A stretch of 64,000 bases of DNA. It comes from Eledone cirrhosa (taxonomy: Eukaryota). The notes beneath the pieces are model-generated. The model made no database searches. It saw nothing but the letters and a program-made list of their open reading frames with translations, and was not told the DNA's origin. The stretch is from assembly GCA_964016885.1 (NCBI GenBank), contig OZ024743.1, positions 336,102,001 to 336,166,000 on the forward strand. The letters are read 5' to 3'. Positions 1 through 14,340 of this stretch are shown here, piece after piece. Position 1 is the first letter of the stretch. Each line of letters opens with the position of its first letter. The position numbers and the translations under genes are program-made.

Positions 1-1680
1 TTTAATGACAGGATGAATAATATCACAGAGAGACTGTCTTCTTGAAATATACCCCTGCGATATTTTATTTTATCAGTGAAAATAGAGTCTTCCCTCTCTG
101 TCCTTAACCTTAGGATAGTAGCCCAAGAAGAAGACAGCTTCTCTATGGCTCTGATAATAATGTCTGGGAGTTTAGCAAGTTGGAGGGCCTCTATCATCCA
201 AGAGTGGGGAACAGAATCGAAAGCTTTCCTGTAGTCCTGCCAGACTGTAGCCATATTCCTCCTAAGTTGTCGCACCTCCGACATCGCAGTTTTGTTGATT
301 AGGAGTTGTTCAGCACATCACCAAACCCTTTTTTTTTCCATCTGCTTGTTCAGTGTGATGATGTTATTATTTTCACAGTGATCTTGGTGGAATAGGTTCA
401 GGCAAGCTGTATACATCTTATAAGCTTCCGGCATACAATGGTTCGGTAGTTTTTTGCCAAGTGGGTGTCTTTGCTCTTGGGTACCAGTAATGTTTGTGCT
501 AATGTCAACCATTCTGATATAGGTGTATCTCACTTAAGAACATGTTGGTAGTGGTCGGTAAGATACCTCCGATAGAATATCAGTTTTTTGTACCAGTAGC
601 CGACAATCATGTCTCTTCCTGGTGTTTTCTTATCTTGGAGTTTTCCTATCACAGTCTCAAGGGTATCCTCACTTATTTCGTATGTTTTTGTTGTAGTGTA
701 GGAGCAATAGTTCTTTCGGATTTCTTTTAGCCACACTGCATCTTGGTTGAAATTCTTCTTTTCACCCAATATTTTTCTCCAAAAGGAATCTATGTCTTTC
801 TGGGATGGGGCCTCAGTGATACTTATTATTTGTTCTTCATATCTCTATAGACTGATGTTTGGTTTCGTCTGAGTCTTTTATTAAGCACTTTTCTTTCATC
901 TACCTTCTCCAGGTATCGGCGTTTTTCGCTAATAGCTCTCAATTTTTGTTTGAGGGTGATCAACTTATATTGAAGAGTTCTAGTTCTACTGTTACCAAAC
1001 ATCGTCTCTATTTTATTTTTCACTCTTTGTTGGTGAGTAGTTAGGTTTGTTTGTCTTTGTTTGCATGTAAGGAGCATTGTCATATATCGTATGGTTTTTC
1101 GTAGGTCAGGAATCCTTTTTTCTATTTTAGTTATATATGATGGTATTTTTGGTGATGTTTTGTTCTTGTTAATATCTCTGCTATCACCAAGATAATGCTT
1201 CACTGTCGTTGCTAAGGCATATAAACAGGCGTTGATTTTCCAAAATGTTGGGTTTTTATCCGTCGTAAATATTCATCCCCTATTTCGTCAAAAACACGTA
1301 ATATTTCATTATTTAGTTTTTTTATTAAATATTGTTGTTTTAATACGTTCAGCAAGAGAGATATTTATACATGAATAAATTTTTCTCTGGAAGATTTCGT
1401 TGAGGCAAATTTTCAATTTGTTATACTTTTGATTATTATCATTATCGATAGTATTTTCCACAATAATCAAGGTAGACTCGGATGGTACACGTGGTGTCAA
1501 ATTTCTTCGATTATTATTATTATCGATAGTGTTTACCCCAGCATTCGTGGTAGACTTAGATGGTACACGTGGTGTCAAGTTTCTTACAGGCATAGTTGTT
1601 TCAAGGCACTGTTCGACCTGGCTGCTAGGAAGTCTAGTAGCATGGCGACCTGTAGCACGTGTTGTTGATCCCATATTTGT
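1..1680 (-). mobile_element. Degenerate non-LTR retrotransposon, R4/Dong-like (RT N-terminal half; continues off the window edge)
   Basis: Minus-strand frames give KTPGRDMIVGYWYKKL, CAEQLLINK, WQDYRKAFDSVPHSW and GIFQEDSLS-like motifs, broken by stops and frameshifts. A 75-bp in-frame duplication (RNLTPRVPS x2) lies at about 1430-1585. Confidence 0.8.
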
Positions 1681-2230
1681 TGTGGGGAACTTACAATTAA
1701 TAATATTTATCTTATTTTTACATTCAACAAACGTCGCTTGTTGGCGTAATTGTTTCGCTGTGAAATGATTTAGCTATGGGTGTATTTCGTCCAAGTGTAG
1801 CTTCATTCTGTTCATATAGCCAATGGAGGGATTGTTTTTTGCCATTTTATAACAATTAAATAAATCATCATTAAGTTCGCAACCCCTAGAGAAATTCGAG
1901 TTATAATTTCGGTTTCTTCTGTAGCTACAACTGAATAAATTTTGTTTTCCTTTCTCGTTGTTTTTCTTCGGTACTTCCTTAATGCTGTTGTTGTTGATGT
2001 TGTGTTCAGCTATGTGCTGTTTGTAGCAAATCCTTGTAAAATGAATTATGTATTTAGTCGGCTATCTCTACGAATTCGAATAAAAGGTGTCTTCAGTAGA
2101 TATAGTTAGAAGAATATCCAGTTATTCAACATGACTGTAGTTGTGGCATTACTGTCGGAGATACTATTCATCTTAAATTTAATGAATAGTCTCCCACACC
2201 AAAATATGCGACTGATCGCGTTGACTGACT

Positions 2231-2320
2231 ATGTATGTATGTATGTATGTATGTATGTATGTATGTATGTATGTATGTATGTATGTATGTATGTATGTAT
2301 GTATGTATGTATGTATGTAT
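2231..2320. repeat. (TATG)n microsatellite
   Basis: Direct reading. Confidence 0.95.
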
Positions 2321-3173
2321 GGACTCGGGGACTCGCAATTCACGAAGGAGTCGTACTCTGTTTCCTAGATATTTAAAAATCTGCCGGAATCTGAATACAG
2401 TAGATTTCTTCCAGAGATGTATAGAGAGTGAGAGACTGGAGGTGAGAAAGATATATTGAGTATGAATAGACTCTGGTACAAGGCTGGTACATTTTTATTT
2501 TCCTTGAGTGAATGAAAGGTATAGTTGATCTCTGCTAGATTTCAACTGAGAGGGCAGAGAGCCGAAACGAAAAGTGCAATTGGCTGCCTTATCTAACATA
2601 TATAAAAGGCCCAAAATATTAGGAAGAATCAATCGATTAAATCGAACTCATTATTCGAATACCATTTAATGTATCCTGCTGCTCACCATGACCATTTTAC
2701 TAAAGTAATTGCTGGATGCATTTCGTCCAATTTCTACTAACTAATTTATGTCACGAGTCTGGCGACACATCATTACTTATCCCAGTTTCTATGACGTGAA
2801 TCAAATGAGAGTACAAGACCAGCTCCCCCTGGACAGGACGCTAGTCCATTGCAGGTTTAAACATCCAACTATTGTTGCTGTTAATCATTTTCAGCTGAGT
2901 ATACTGGAGCAACGTGAAAAGATAGTAAGTCCAACACCCTTATCGTCTTAAGTATTACAACACTAGATGTTAGCAGTAATTTCAGGAACAGAGATATAAT
3001 TCAAACAATTAAATTTAACTCACTTGAAATTGGGAAAATTTAGCACGCAAATTGCAGAACATATCTTCGGATTACATTTGGATACAAATAGCTTCATTGG
3101 ATGTGACAGACCTAACTTGTTTGCGAGTAACTAGCGAAGGATTCACACACACACACATGTCTGAATATGTATA

Positions 3174-3213
<40 letters not shown>

Positions 3214-3526
3214 CTGTGTGTGTCTATTGTATATATATATATATATAAATATATATATTTAGTTTGTATGAGATGAAAGAATGGTATTCAACTAATGTAA
3301 TGGTACGCGATGGAGCCCACCCACAGCCCCGGCGGACAGAATGGAGAAGGCGTTTCCCCGGAGGACGGTAAGGGAGACGCGCTGGAAAAGCCACTCAAGC
3401 CACTCATATATATATATATATCAACTAGAAATTGATTGACATTGTCCCCAGTGATTGTTTCATGTGTTTATTTTAAATATATATATATATATATTTATTT
3501 TAAATAATTATATATATATCAATTTC

Positions 3527-3774
<248 letters not shown>

Positions 3775-3819
3775 CGTAAAATAAGAAAATTATAAAATTA
3801 ACTTACTTACTAAAAAATC

Positions 3820-3903
3820 ACTTCCAACTAATTAGTTTCTGGAATGGAGTAAATATATTTTCCGAAAAAAACATATGGAAAATCATTCCGTCATCAGGAA
3901 AGT
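3820..3903 (-). ncRNA. Type I hammerhead ribozyme (second minus copy at 4345-4427)
   Basis: Reverse complement reads actttc-CTGATGA-c-ggaatg...cattcc-a-GAAA-ctaattag-TT-ggaagt. Confidence 0.85.
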
Positions 3904-4755
3904 CTTTTTCCGTATAGGTCTCCAGGCATAGCGAGGACACTGGAAACTTATTAAAAAAATAATTCAGTGGAATGGAAATAGCGATGCGTGGACTGGATTC
4001 CAAGCCATTGAGAAATCACTGCCTCTACGTCCGTGGCAAATTCAAAAAGAATCAATCACGTGACATCGAGGTCAATCAGAGGAAAGCGAGTGGTTATTAA
4101 GACAGCGGCTAGCTTACTACCATAGTAGCAGTCATGGCCAAATATTGCTCGACAAATGAATTGGAGATAATTATAAGGAATTTATATCTAGTAACATTTA
4201 TATACACACAGATGCATATCAATGCTAGCAAATATATAGGTTTTGTCTTATTAACAATGTGGTTCAATGCATGGGGTTGCAGAACAATAATATGAGAGAC
4301 GTAAAATAAGAAAATTATAAAATTAACTTACTTACTAAAAAATCACTTCCAACTAATTAGTTTCTGGAATGGAGTAAATATATTTTCCGAAAAAACATAT
4401 GGAAAATCATTCCGTCATCAGGAAAGTCTTTTTCCGTATAGGTCTCCAGGCATAGCGAGGACACTGGAAACTTATTAAAAAAATAATTCAGTGGAATGGA
4501 AATAGCGATGCGTGGACTGGATTCCAAGCCATTGAGAAAATCACTGCCTCTACGTCCGTGGCAAATTCAAAAAGAATCAAATCACGTGACATCGAGGTCA
4601 ATCAGTGGAAAGCGAGTGGTTATTAAGACGTAGAGGCAGTGATTTTCTCAATGGCTTGGAATCCAGTCCACGCATCGCTATTTCCATTCCACTGAATTAT
4701 TTTTTTAATAAGTTTCCAGTGTCCTCGCTATGCCTGGAGACCTATACGGAAAAAG

Positions 4756-4838
4756 ACTTTCCTGATGACGGAATGATTTTCCATATGTTTTTTCGGAAAA
4801 TATATTTACTCCATTCCAGAAACTAATTAGTTGGAAGT
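4756..4838 (+). ncRNA. Type I hammerhead ribozyme (second plus copy at 5281-5363)
   Basis: actttc-CTGATGA-cggaatg...cattcca-GAAA-ctaattag-TT-ggaagt; palindromic stem III; predicted GUU cleavage. Confidence 0.85.
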
Positions 4839-5569
4839 GATTTTTTAGTAAGTAAGTTAATTTTATAATTTTCTTATTTTACGTCTCTCATATTATTGTT
4901 CTGCAACCCCATGCAGCGAACCACATTGTTAATAAGACAAAACCTATATATTTGCTAGCATTGATATGCATCTGTGTGTATATAAATGTTACTAGGTATA
5001 AATTCCTTATAATTATCTCCAATTCATTTGTCGAGCTATATTTGGCCATGACTGCTACTATGGTAGTAAGCTAGCCGCTGTCTTAATAACCACTCGCTTT
5101 CCACTGATTGACCTCGATGTCACGTGATTGATTCTTTTTGAATTTGCCACGGACGTAGAGGCAGTGATTTTCTCAATGGCTTGGAATCCAGTCCACGCAT
5201 CGCTATTTCCATTCCACTGAATTATTTTTTTAATAAGTTTCCAGTGTCCTCGCTATGCCTGGAGACCTATACGGAAAAAGACTTTCCTGATGACGGAATG
5301 ATTTTCCATATGTTTTTTCGGAAAATATATTTACTCCATTCCAGAAACTAATTAGTTGGAAGTGATTTTTTAGTAAGTAAGTTAATTTTATAATTTTCTT
5401 ATTTTACGTCTCTCATATTATTGTTCTGCAACCCCATGCATTGAACCACATTGTTAATAAGACAAAACCTATATATTTTCTAGCATTGATATGCATCTGT
5501 GTGTATATAAATGTTACTAGATATAAATTCCTTATATATATATATATATATATATTTATATGTGGGGGG

Positions 5570-6520
5570 GGGGATAACAAGTTATCGTTATAGGTAATCC
5601 AGTTAGAGGTCGTGGATAGTTTTAACGTATGGCTCTGTTTGACTCAACAAGATGTTTCCATATTCAGGCAGCGAGTTCGCGGGAATTCCTATGTAGGTTA
5701 TACTTGGAGTAATAATAGTGAAAGATTGAAGAGTAACATGGTTGTCTGTACAAGGGGGTTTATTTCAGATATTAACATTTGTTTCATTGATCAGGTGAGT
5801 CTAGAGGCCGCTAATCGCTCGAAGTTGCGTCACTCGATCTCTATTACATTATTTACCCCTGATCAAATCTTCAGAATACAAATAATTCATACATGGCAAG
5901 ATATATATAGAGAAATAGCGTAGAATCAAAACAATAACAGCAATAATAAAATATATGATAAATAGGTAAAGAAGTTACAGATGTAAAAAGTAAAAAGTAA
6001 GAAAAAAGATACAATAAAAAAAAATAGAAAAATAATAAAAATATAAAGAAATAAAGATAAGTGAGAGCATATAAGTACAGAATATGATAGTGGTGGTGGT
6101 GAGTAAGTGTCCGGTAAGGATACTGTGGTGGATGTAGTGCTAACATGAAAAGTCATATTCGAAACATACATAGATATGTGTAGAGAATCTGAGGTTGTAA
6201 GAAATGACAGATAAAAGAAAAAGCAATAAATTAGAAATTAAGTGGGAGATACTAGTATGAGACCCAAGCGCTAAGGGTGGAGGGTGAAGGGGGGGGGGGG
6301 GGGGGGGGGTTACAAGTGTGTGTGGTAAATGTTTTGCTGATTGTCTTGTCTTAATGGGGTTGATGTGGTTTCAGGGAGAGAGGGTGAAAGAGATGTTAAG
6401 AGATTTATGATCAATTGACCGGTCGGTTGTTTGACAGCTAATAGCGGTGTGATGGTGTGTATTCCGTACGTTAAAATCCAGGTGGTTCATTTCTAATTTT
6501 GGGAATGCTGGGTTGAATCA
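5570..6520 (-). mobile_element. PLE 3' remnant (end of ORF plus 3' repeat region)
   Basis: Carries an HHR at 5770-5878. A short ...PPGF(N)-type C-terminal fragment lies near 6470-6510. Confidence 0.5.
5770..5878 (-). ncRNA. Type I hammerhead ribozyme
   Basis: tatt-CTGAAGA-t-ttgatcagg...cctgatcaa-t-GAAA-caaatg-TT-aata (9-bp stem II). Confidence 0.75.
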
Positions 6521-6590
6521 CGGTGGTTTGAAATTTGTGAACTTGGTATATATATATATATATATAAAGTTTCAGATATCTAACATGTAT

Positions 6591-6674
6591 GCGCGACCAT
6601 TGGTTTCGGCGTCCACTTGTGGCCCCCACTGTATAGAGTATGGGTTTCTTCAAATATGGCCTCTCATCAGGTGT
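6591..6674 (-). ncRNA. Hammerhead ribozyme, degenerate stem I
   Basis: acac-CTGATGA-gaggcc...cgcc-GAAA-ccaatgg-TC-gcgc. Confidence 0.55.
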
Positions 6675-6699
6675 TTAGACAAAAAATGCGAGAAGGGTA

Positions 6700-7990
6700 A
6701 CATCTTTAGACAACTATATTTGGTTTTAAACAGTGAAGAGTTTCATTTCTGAAAGATCACAATGGTCATGGACCTCACTAGCGTAAACTTTCTTGACGTC
6801 AACCAGGACGTATCAACAAATACATACAACCCTATCATGAACCGAATGAGTGGCTAAATTATATCGTCAGAGGATCCTGCCACCCATCTACGGTTTCTTT
6901 TTAAATCTGGTGCCCAATAGCCGTAGAATCTGAAACTTATCATCTAGTTGAGAAATATTTGGGAAGGAAGCGCCGTACTATAACAAGACCCTCCAAGATA
7001 GTGGATTCAGGGAAAAGATTAAATAGTTGCCTACTAGACACCCACCTAGAAATATAAATAGAAAAAAAATAATCTGGTTCGTGCCTCCTTTCTTACTAAT
7101 TTAGGTAAGAAATTCTTACACCTTATTGATAAACATTTCACCCCACAATATAAAGGGTAAAAAAGTAAAGACCCCTTCGGTCACGAATGACCAATGGATT
7201 TGCACCTAGGAAGTTCCCCTCTGAGGCACAGATTCGATCAAGGTTGTTTGTGGAGTCTCCCATGCATACCAGTCTCCCCTCTCCACGTCACCGATGTTGT
7301 CCAAAGGAAAGGCAAAGACAGATACAACTTGGCACCAGTGACGTCGCAACTCATTTTTACAGCTGAGTGAACTGGAGCAACGTGAAATAAAGTGTTTTGC
7401 TCAAGAACACAACGCAAAGCCCGGTTCAAGAATCGAACACACAGCCTCTAACCACTAAGCGACGCGCCTTCACTCCCACAACATAAATATAGTAAACTCT
7501 TCAATCGATGATCGGTGGGATTATCCTATTCTTGTGCACCATCCATGAGATCCAAAATGACTGCAAAAAACAAACCAAATGAGAATCCAGGATGTTCTTG
7601 CAGAGAGAAAGACGACTGTCCATTACAACAAAAGTGTAAATTGAAGTCCATAGTATACGAGGCTGTGATCACATACACAAGCCAGCCGAAATCCCGTGGA
7701 AAATATCTGGGTATGGTCCAGGACCGATTTAAGCAAATTATTCCATTTAAGAAATATGTGAAGGTTACACATTTCTGTGGAACACTCAACCGCTTTCTAC
7801 AGTAAGTCAATGAGAACCTTATTCTAGTGATCGAACTGTTGCACGCACTTATTTCGTTATCAATAGAATAATCAACTGATTGGCTATTATGACTACAAAT
7901 CTGCACTTATCCCCACCTCACTGGCCTAATATCTGCTCGGAGTAACTCTTAAACCTAAGACATCATGAAATATAAGATAAAAGTTCAAAG
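6700..7990 (+). mobile_element. Degenerate PLE fragment (RT thumb, Cys linker, GIY-YIG start) interrupted by a SINE
   Basis: VNFLDV and IWFVPPF-like remnants; CSCREKDDCPLQQKC..SIVYEA..YLG in ORF 7515-7805. Confidence 0.75.
7155..7474 (-). mobile_element. tRNA-derived CORE-type SINE with apparent TSD
   Basis: A/B-box head; CORE-like ttgagcaaaacactt...cagctgtaaaaatgag; flanking cccacaa(t/c)ataaa duplication. Confidence 0.75.
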
Positions 7991-8180
7991 CGGTGTTTGT
8001 TTTGTTTTGACTTAATTTAGTCCCATTTTAAATCCTTTATTTCTAACTTGCATAGTACACAAACAATATTCACCACTCCCACACACACACACATACATAC
8101 ATACATACATACATACATACATACATACATACATACATACATACATACATACATACATACATACATACATACATACATAC

Positions 8181-9292
8181 ATGATTGCTCCAAACTCTGC
8201 TAAGGGCATTGCAATCGCTTGTCAGATTCAGTTGCGTGACGCTCGGATATGGCTTTTCAAACCTGCTAGATACTTGCACTCCTTCGCACACTGACAACAA
8301 CTATGGATCTCCGTGTAGATCATAGTTCACTGATTCTCTTTTAACATGGCTGCCATTGTGGCTCCTGAGACCAGATTTGCTCAAGCAAATTTTTCCACAC
8401 TCAAGGCACTTCAATTGAATGGAGACACCGATCGTTTCGAGAGATGCACCAGGGCATTGCTTACGCACACCCCGTTTGATCTTCTCGGGCTCTATGCGCC
8501 TGTCCTCAAAATTATAACCATCATCATTCACCATTCCACGCCAAGTTTCTCTTTCAAGAACTTCTATCTCCCAGTCAGCCATCATCAAACTAGTTTTTTT
8601 CAATGAGTCCTTTACACAATCCTTGAATCGGAGCCCTGGCTTGTGAGGTGGTCTCTTACCCTCACAGAGCTCGTCATACAAAAGTTGTTTTGGGATTCGA
8701 TCATCTTCCATTCTGCAGAGGTGTCAGGTCCATCGCAAACACCGTTGGTCGATGGTACTCTCCATGCTCCGACACTCACTTCTCTCAAGGACCCAACATC
8801 ACTCACATGCATCTGCCACTTAATACCGAGCATCTTTCTGACACACTGCTGGTGAAACCGTTCCAGTCTATGGATATGCCATTTGTAGGCAACCCATGTC
8901 ACACACGCATACAGCAAAGCTGACAGTACACATGCAGCATACACTCTCACCTTGGTCCTGATTGTGATTCCTCGCCTCCATCAAAGACGGTCGCTGAGCC
9001 TTCCAAATGACTCACTTGCCTTACTAACACGTAGACCAACTTCTGCAGCCAGAGAGCAGGAGACACTCAGAGTACTCCCCAAACACACAAATGTGTCAGC
9101 AGCCTTCAGTCTTTGACCGTATACGTATATGGAGGGTTCATTGAAAACTTTATCCGGAGCAGATTGGTACATGGCGACAGTCTTCTTCAGACTGATTGTC
9201 ACTCCCAAAGCACTGCACGCATTGGAAAAAGAATTCATAAGGTGTTGCATGTCACTCTGGGAGTGTGCAAAGATATCACAATCATCTGCATA
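8181..9292 (-). mobile_element. RTE-clade LINE, 5'-truncated at YADD, frameshifted, with C-terminal C2H2 finger and (TATG)n tail (8092-8180)
   Basis: YADDCDIFA, SALLYACVTW, RIPKQLLYDEL..GKRP, CLECGKICLSKSGLRSH. Confidence 0.88.
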
Positions 9293-9313
9293 CATACATA
9301 CATATATATATAC

Positions 9314-9344
<31 letters not shown>

Positions 9345-9399
9345 CATATATATTTATACACACATCCCGTGTGTATAAATATATACTTAAACTTTAATC

Positions 9400-10980
9400 T
9401 GTTATTTGAATAAATATATATATATAAGGTAGAGAAAGAATAATAACAGGTAGACATCATAAAAAGGTAATTTATTCTGTGTGCTTATAAATGTTTCCAC
9501 GGTGGTTATACAGCCTAGTTATGCTATGTGCAAATGTATAACTATTTGCAAAACTCAATTATCAGATGCTGTGACCACTGTATCATCAGAGCAGAATGGT
9601 TAAAATGTACAATGTAAATACCCTTAAGTGAGGTCATTGGGGAAGATAGAGTAGAAAAAGAAGAGAGAAAAGAAGGGGAGAGGGAGAAAGAGATATGCAG
9701 AGGTTGTAGAAATGGGAGATGTCGTTTGTAGATATCTTAATCAAAATGTTGTAGTAGGGGTTTTATTATACTGGTTACTCATAAAGCGACAACCTTAAGC
9801 GATGCGTTGATAGTCACGGTTGGAATTATTTATTGCCACAGAGAGCAGGTTCATAGATGTGAGAGGGAAGGAGGTGGACCTAGGGTGAGAGAGATAGAGA
9901 GGGAGAGAGTGTGGAATGGATAGAGTGGGAGATATAGAGAAACAGACGAAAGCTATGGGGTGGGTGTACATTGGGTTCATAGTAGTAATCTGCGAATTGC
10001 ACTAAGTTTCCATTTATAGTGATAAGCAGGGCATTGTCTTGTAGTGTGGGGGTAGAGAAAGTGGTTAGCTAGAAAGCAATGTTATAGTTACAGGTTCGAA
10101 TGTTAAGTTATTTTATAGTGAGAGAATTTAGTTTTCAGTTTGTGGTTGCAGTATAATGATCGTTCGATTCTATCATTTAGTAATTTATTTTTGGATTTTA
10201 AGATGTAAAAGAGTTCAAGGTTACATAACCTACAGTACTTCAATCCACTCCGATATGCACTAGCGCTGGAAAGTATATCCCATTTCAAAGTGAACTGTTG
10301 GTTGCGTTCACAGAGTTGCCAGGTCTTGTTGGCGAGCGTGGTCACAAAACGGTGATTATGATGTTTAATTGAGAATCGATGACGGTACCAGCGAGATTTA
10401 AAGGAGGTAGTGGTAGACCCGATGTAATACCATTTCTAGTCGTTCGATTCAACAGTGCATTGGTAAACAATGTTTGACTTTAGGTATTTATTCTTCAATG
10501 GACATCTTTCAGGTAAGTGGCAGTTACAGTATACCATGGATAGGTTATGATAGCAATACAGGTGGGTTGTGTAATACCTGTCTCCCATTTAGTGGTTGGG
10601 AGGCCGATATTACATTATGCTCATCTGTTATTAAAATATTTTGTTTTATAGTGTTGTTTAATTGCTTTAAGTTAAGTTTCAAGGTTTGGTGCCGTGGAAT
10701 ATGATAGTTTAATAGTTTTAGAGTTCAGAATTTTACTGTATTTATGGGAACTAGGGAAATGTTTGTTGATTAACTTAAAGAATGAAAGAGATAGTTTTGT
10801 ACTAATCGAAGCATTAAAAATGGGATTAAACCAGATATACTTTCTACAACGTGATTTATTTGGTGATGATTTTGTGATGATTTCAGTACCCCGGTTACGT
10901 ATTCTTTGATTTCGTGTAGAGCTATGTGTGTTATGGAGATTCTTATCAATGTATTCTATTGTATCCCGGTGGTCGGCATT
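9400..10980 (-). mobile_element. PLE 3' fragment (GIY-YIG domain plus 3' region with HHR at 9482-9593)
   Basis: WYYIGSTTTSFKSR, LKWDIL, CRLCNLE, LLN motifs; tgct-CTGATGA...GAAA-cattta-TA-agca. Confidence 0.8.
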
Positions 10981-11050
10981 CCTTAATGCATTATTATAGT
11001 ATTCAGCATGTGTATATATATATATATATACATATACATGTATGTATGTA

Positions 11051-11085
<35 letters not shown>

Positions 11086-11089
<4 letters not shown>

Positions 11090-11503
11090 GTAGGAGGTGA
11101 GTTTTATTGTAGTACAATAAAGCAATGCAGATATCGGATAAGAAGCACTCTACAGTTTGTGGGACTGGAGTATGCATAATATAAGATCAAAAGATGGTTA
11201 AAGGAGTTCAATATATTTTATTATGCGCATTTCAAAAACAAACATCATCAAACAATAATATTTGTGTTTTCATCAGATAAAACAGGAGAACATGATATGA
11301 AGGCTAAAAAAACACTTGTTGATAGTGCAGTTGATATGTTGATTTAAAACTGCACTATCAACAAGTGTTTTTTTAGCCTTCATATCATGTTCTCCTGTTT
11401 TATCTGATGAAAACACAAATATTATTGTTTGATGATGTTTGTTTTTGAAATGCGCATAATAAAATATATTGAACTCCTTTAACCATCTTTTGATCTTATA
11501 TTA
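11086..11503. mobile_element. Fold-back HHR element (about 155-165-bp arms plus about 90-bp one-sided extension) in (TA)n
   Basis: Inverted arms around about 11335. HHR ttttat-CTGATGA-aaaca...tgtttt-t-GAAA-tgcgca-TA-ataaaa at 11398-11464 (+) and 11216-11282 (-). Same family as 29512-29937. Confidence 0.85.
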
Positions 11504-11639
11504 TATATATATATATAAATATATATATTTTTTAAAAAAATAAGACTTCAGTTGCATTTTCGATTTCATCTCTTTTTCATTATACTTTCACTCGTGTAGA
11601 ACACCTCGGTTATTTTTCATTTTGTAAAAAAAACCTCAC

Positions 11640-12134
<495 letters not shown>

Positions 12135-12338
12135 GTATTAAGGATACTATTTATGGTTATATATATACTAAAACCTTTTATAGTTATATATATTTTAAAC
12201 CCTAAACAGTGAAGGACAGTAATTTATTACTACCTTATTACCAGTAAGATAAATAGCTCAATGTAATAACATCCGTTGTTCTACAGAGCAGTTATATAGA
12301 AAGTACATGAATCAAAGTTCTGTTCAAATCATTTATTA

Positions 12339-12383
12339 GCTTACAATTGTTTCGTCCAAACCGAGGCTTGAAGTCTTCGGAGC
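12339..12383 (-). ncRNA. Hammerhead ribozyme variant (CCGAAGA core) in probable PLE 3' remnant
   Basis: gct-CCGAAGA-cttcaagc...gtttggac-GAAA-caattg-TA-agc. Confidence 0.6.
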
Positions 12384-13109
12384 AATTTTTCAATGATTGT
12401 TTACATACATGACCTCCTTTCCAACACAAGAGACATACAGAAACATATGTATATCTCGATGCACAGTGGGTTGACATCCATTATAATAGTTTAGCATGGC
12501 AATTTACATTCAAAGATTAAAATCATATTAAAAGAAAATTAAAATACAACATCGGCAGTTTACGAAGATAATGCAAGAGGATAGTTTGAAGTAGTTAGTG
12601 TATGCAATAGTTACACGTGGGGCATGCACGTGTGTCTTATTTATATAAGATTATAGTGCGGCAAGGTGTTATATGGAATACAAGCACTTTAAGCTGGTAA
12701 TCAAGAGTATGTGGGGGTTGTATTGGTAAAGTATTTTTTATGTATGAGATAGAAGCTTGTGTGCGGAGAAATATTAAAAGTGAGAAGCAAAATAATGTTA
12801 TGGTTTTCGTATACACCACCATTTTCACAATCTAGGAAACGTAATATATAGATTATATGTCCTTCACATAATCAACGATGATTCAGTATTGGATGCTTGA
12901 TGAATTAGGCTAGATTATTACAGATTGTTGTTCTTTAATTCAATTTTATAGAGCCGGTTGTTTTTGTTGCGAGAATTAACATCGTTTTATTTTCCGGAAG
13001 TGTGTGTGTTATTAAGGGGAGTTAATGCGTGAGGGGAGGTAACTAGCTGATTTCAATAACTAAATTTATTATCCCAATGTACATTAAATGGTGCCCCAAT
13101 TGAGTCTCT

Positions 13110-13194
<85 letters not shown>

Positions 13195-13203
13195 TAATAT
13201 ATA

Positions 13204-14235
13204 AGCAGTGGCACGCCGCCCAGGCTTTGCTCTTCCTCTCAACCACATCATCTTCCGTATTCCCAATCTTTGCTCCTAAATACAGGAAGTCTTCAACCAA
13301 TTCTAGCGGCTTCCCGCCTACATTAGTGATCCGCTCTGACTTCTCAACATTCTCTACCAGATATTTTGTTTTTGTCTCATTCATTCTCAGCCCCACACTC
13401 ATCGACACAGTCTCAACCTCCTGCATCAAATCCTCTGCCTCCTTCATTGTATTTGTCACCAAAACTATGTCGTCGGCAAATTCAGCATCCGATATATTTT
13501 TCGCCTTAACTCTCCTGCTCTGAGCCGGTGCTACAGTAAACCCAGAGTCCTGGTGTTTCTCCAGTGCAAGGCGCATACAACAGTCCACTACGATGATAAA
13601 AAGGTAGGGAGCCAATGTATCTCCCTGGAGCACTCCAGCCTGTATCTCAAAGAACTCTGTCATCCCATCAGGTGTAATGACTTGGGATTTGGTGTTGGTG
13701 TATAGCAGTGATATCAGGTCCACTATCTTCTTGGGGATTCCATAAGCCACAGCTTGAGATCGGTATGGAAGTCGGACCTTCGTAAAGACCTGAAAATCCT
13801 CCTCTTCATTGCTGTAGTGGAGTCTGTGCTGCTGTACGGGTCTGAGACTTGGACACTGACCAAGAAACTCACTCAGATGGTGGATGGGTGCTACACGAGA
13901 ATGCTGAGGATAGCTCTGAACATTATTCAGTATACACTGAGGATGAACAACTCAGAGTGTATGGGAGCCTCCCAAAGGTCAGCTCAAAAGTGACACAGAG
14001 GAGACTGAGGTTAGCTGGACATGCTCACCGACATCCAGAGTTGACATTGCACTCAGTGCTCCTGTGGGAGCTCCTACATGGACACACTGGAAGAGGAAGA
14101 CCAAGGTTAACGTATGTTGATGCCCTAAGTACAGACACTGGTCTGTTGGAGATGCAGGACATGGCAGCGATAATGAGGGACAGAGACCGCTGGAGAGAAC
14201 ACGTCCATGGATCTCTGGAATTTTACCCGTCCTAG
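13204..14235. mobile_element. RTE-clade LINE with 5' inversion (13204-13750 minus, 13748-14235 plus)
   Basis: GVLQGDTLAPYLF and FADD on minus; the continuation HSLRSVWK...EFYPS* on plus; TSD tatataagca; closely similar to 24414-25980. Confidence 0.92.
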
Positions 14236-14340
14236 ATATATATATAAGCAAAAGGGATATTCAATTTGTTGGTAATTCAACAAATATAAATGATTATAAC
14301 TGATTCAGAGCACTCGACAGTTTTCTGGAGTATAATATTC

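Noticed and set aside
3818-4826. Repeated short ORF ESSPRIAISIPLNYFF in the 525-bp unit
   Set aside because: It recurs only because of the repeat. It is not evidently conserved in the 560-bp sister family and it overlaps the ribozyme.
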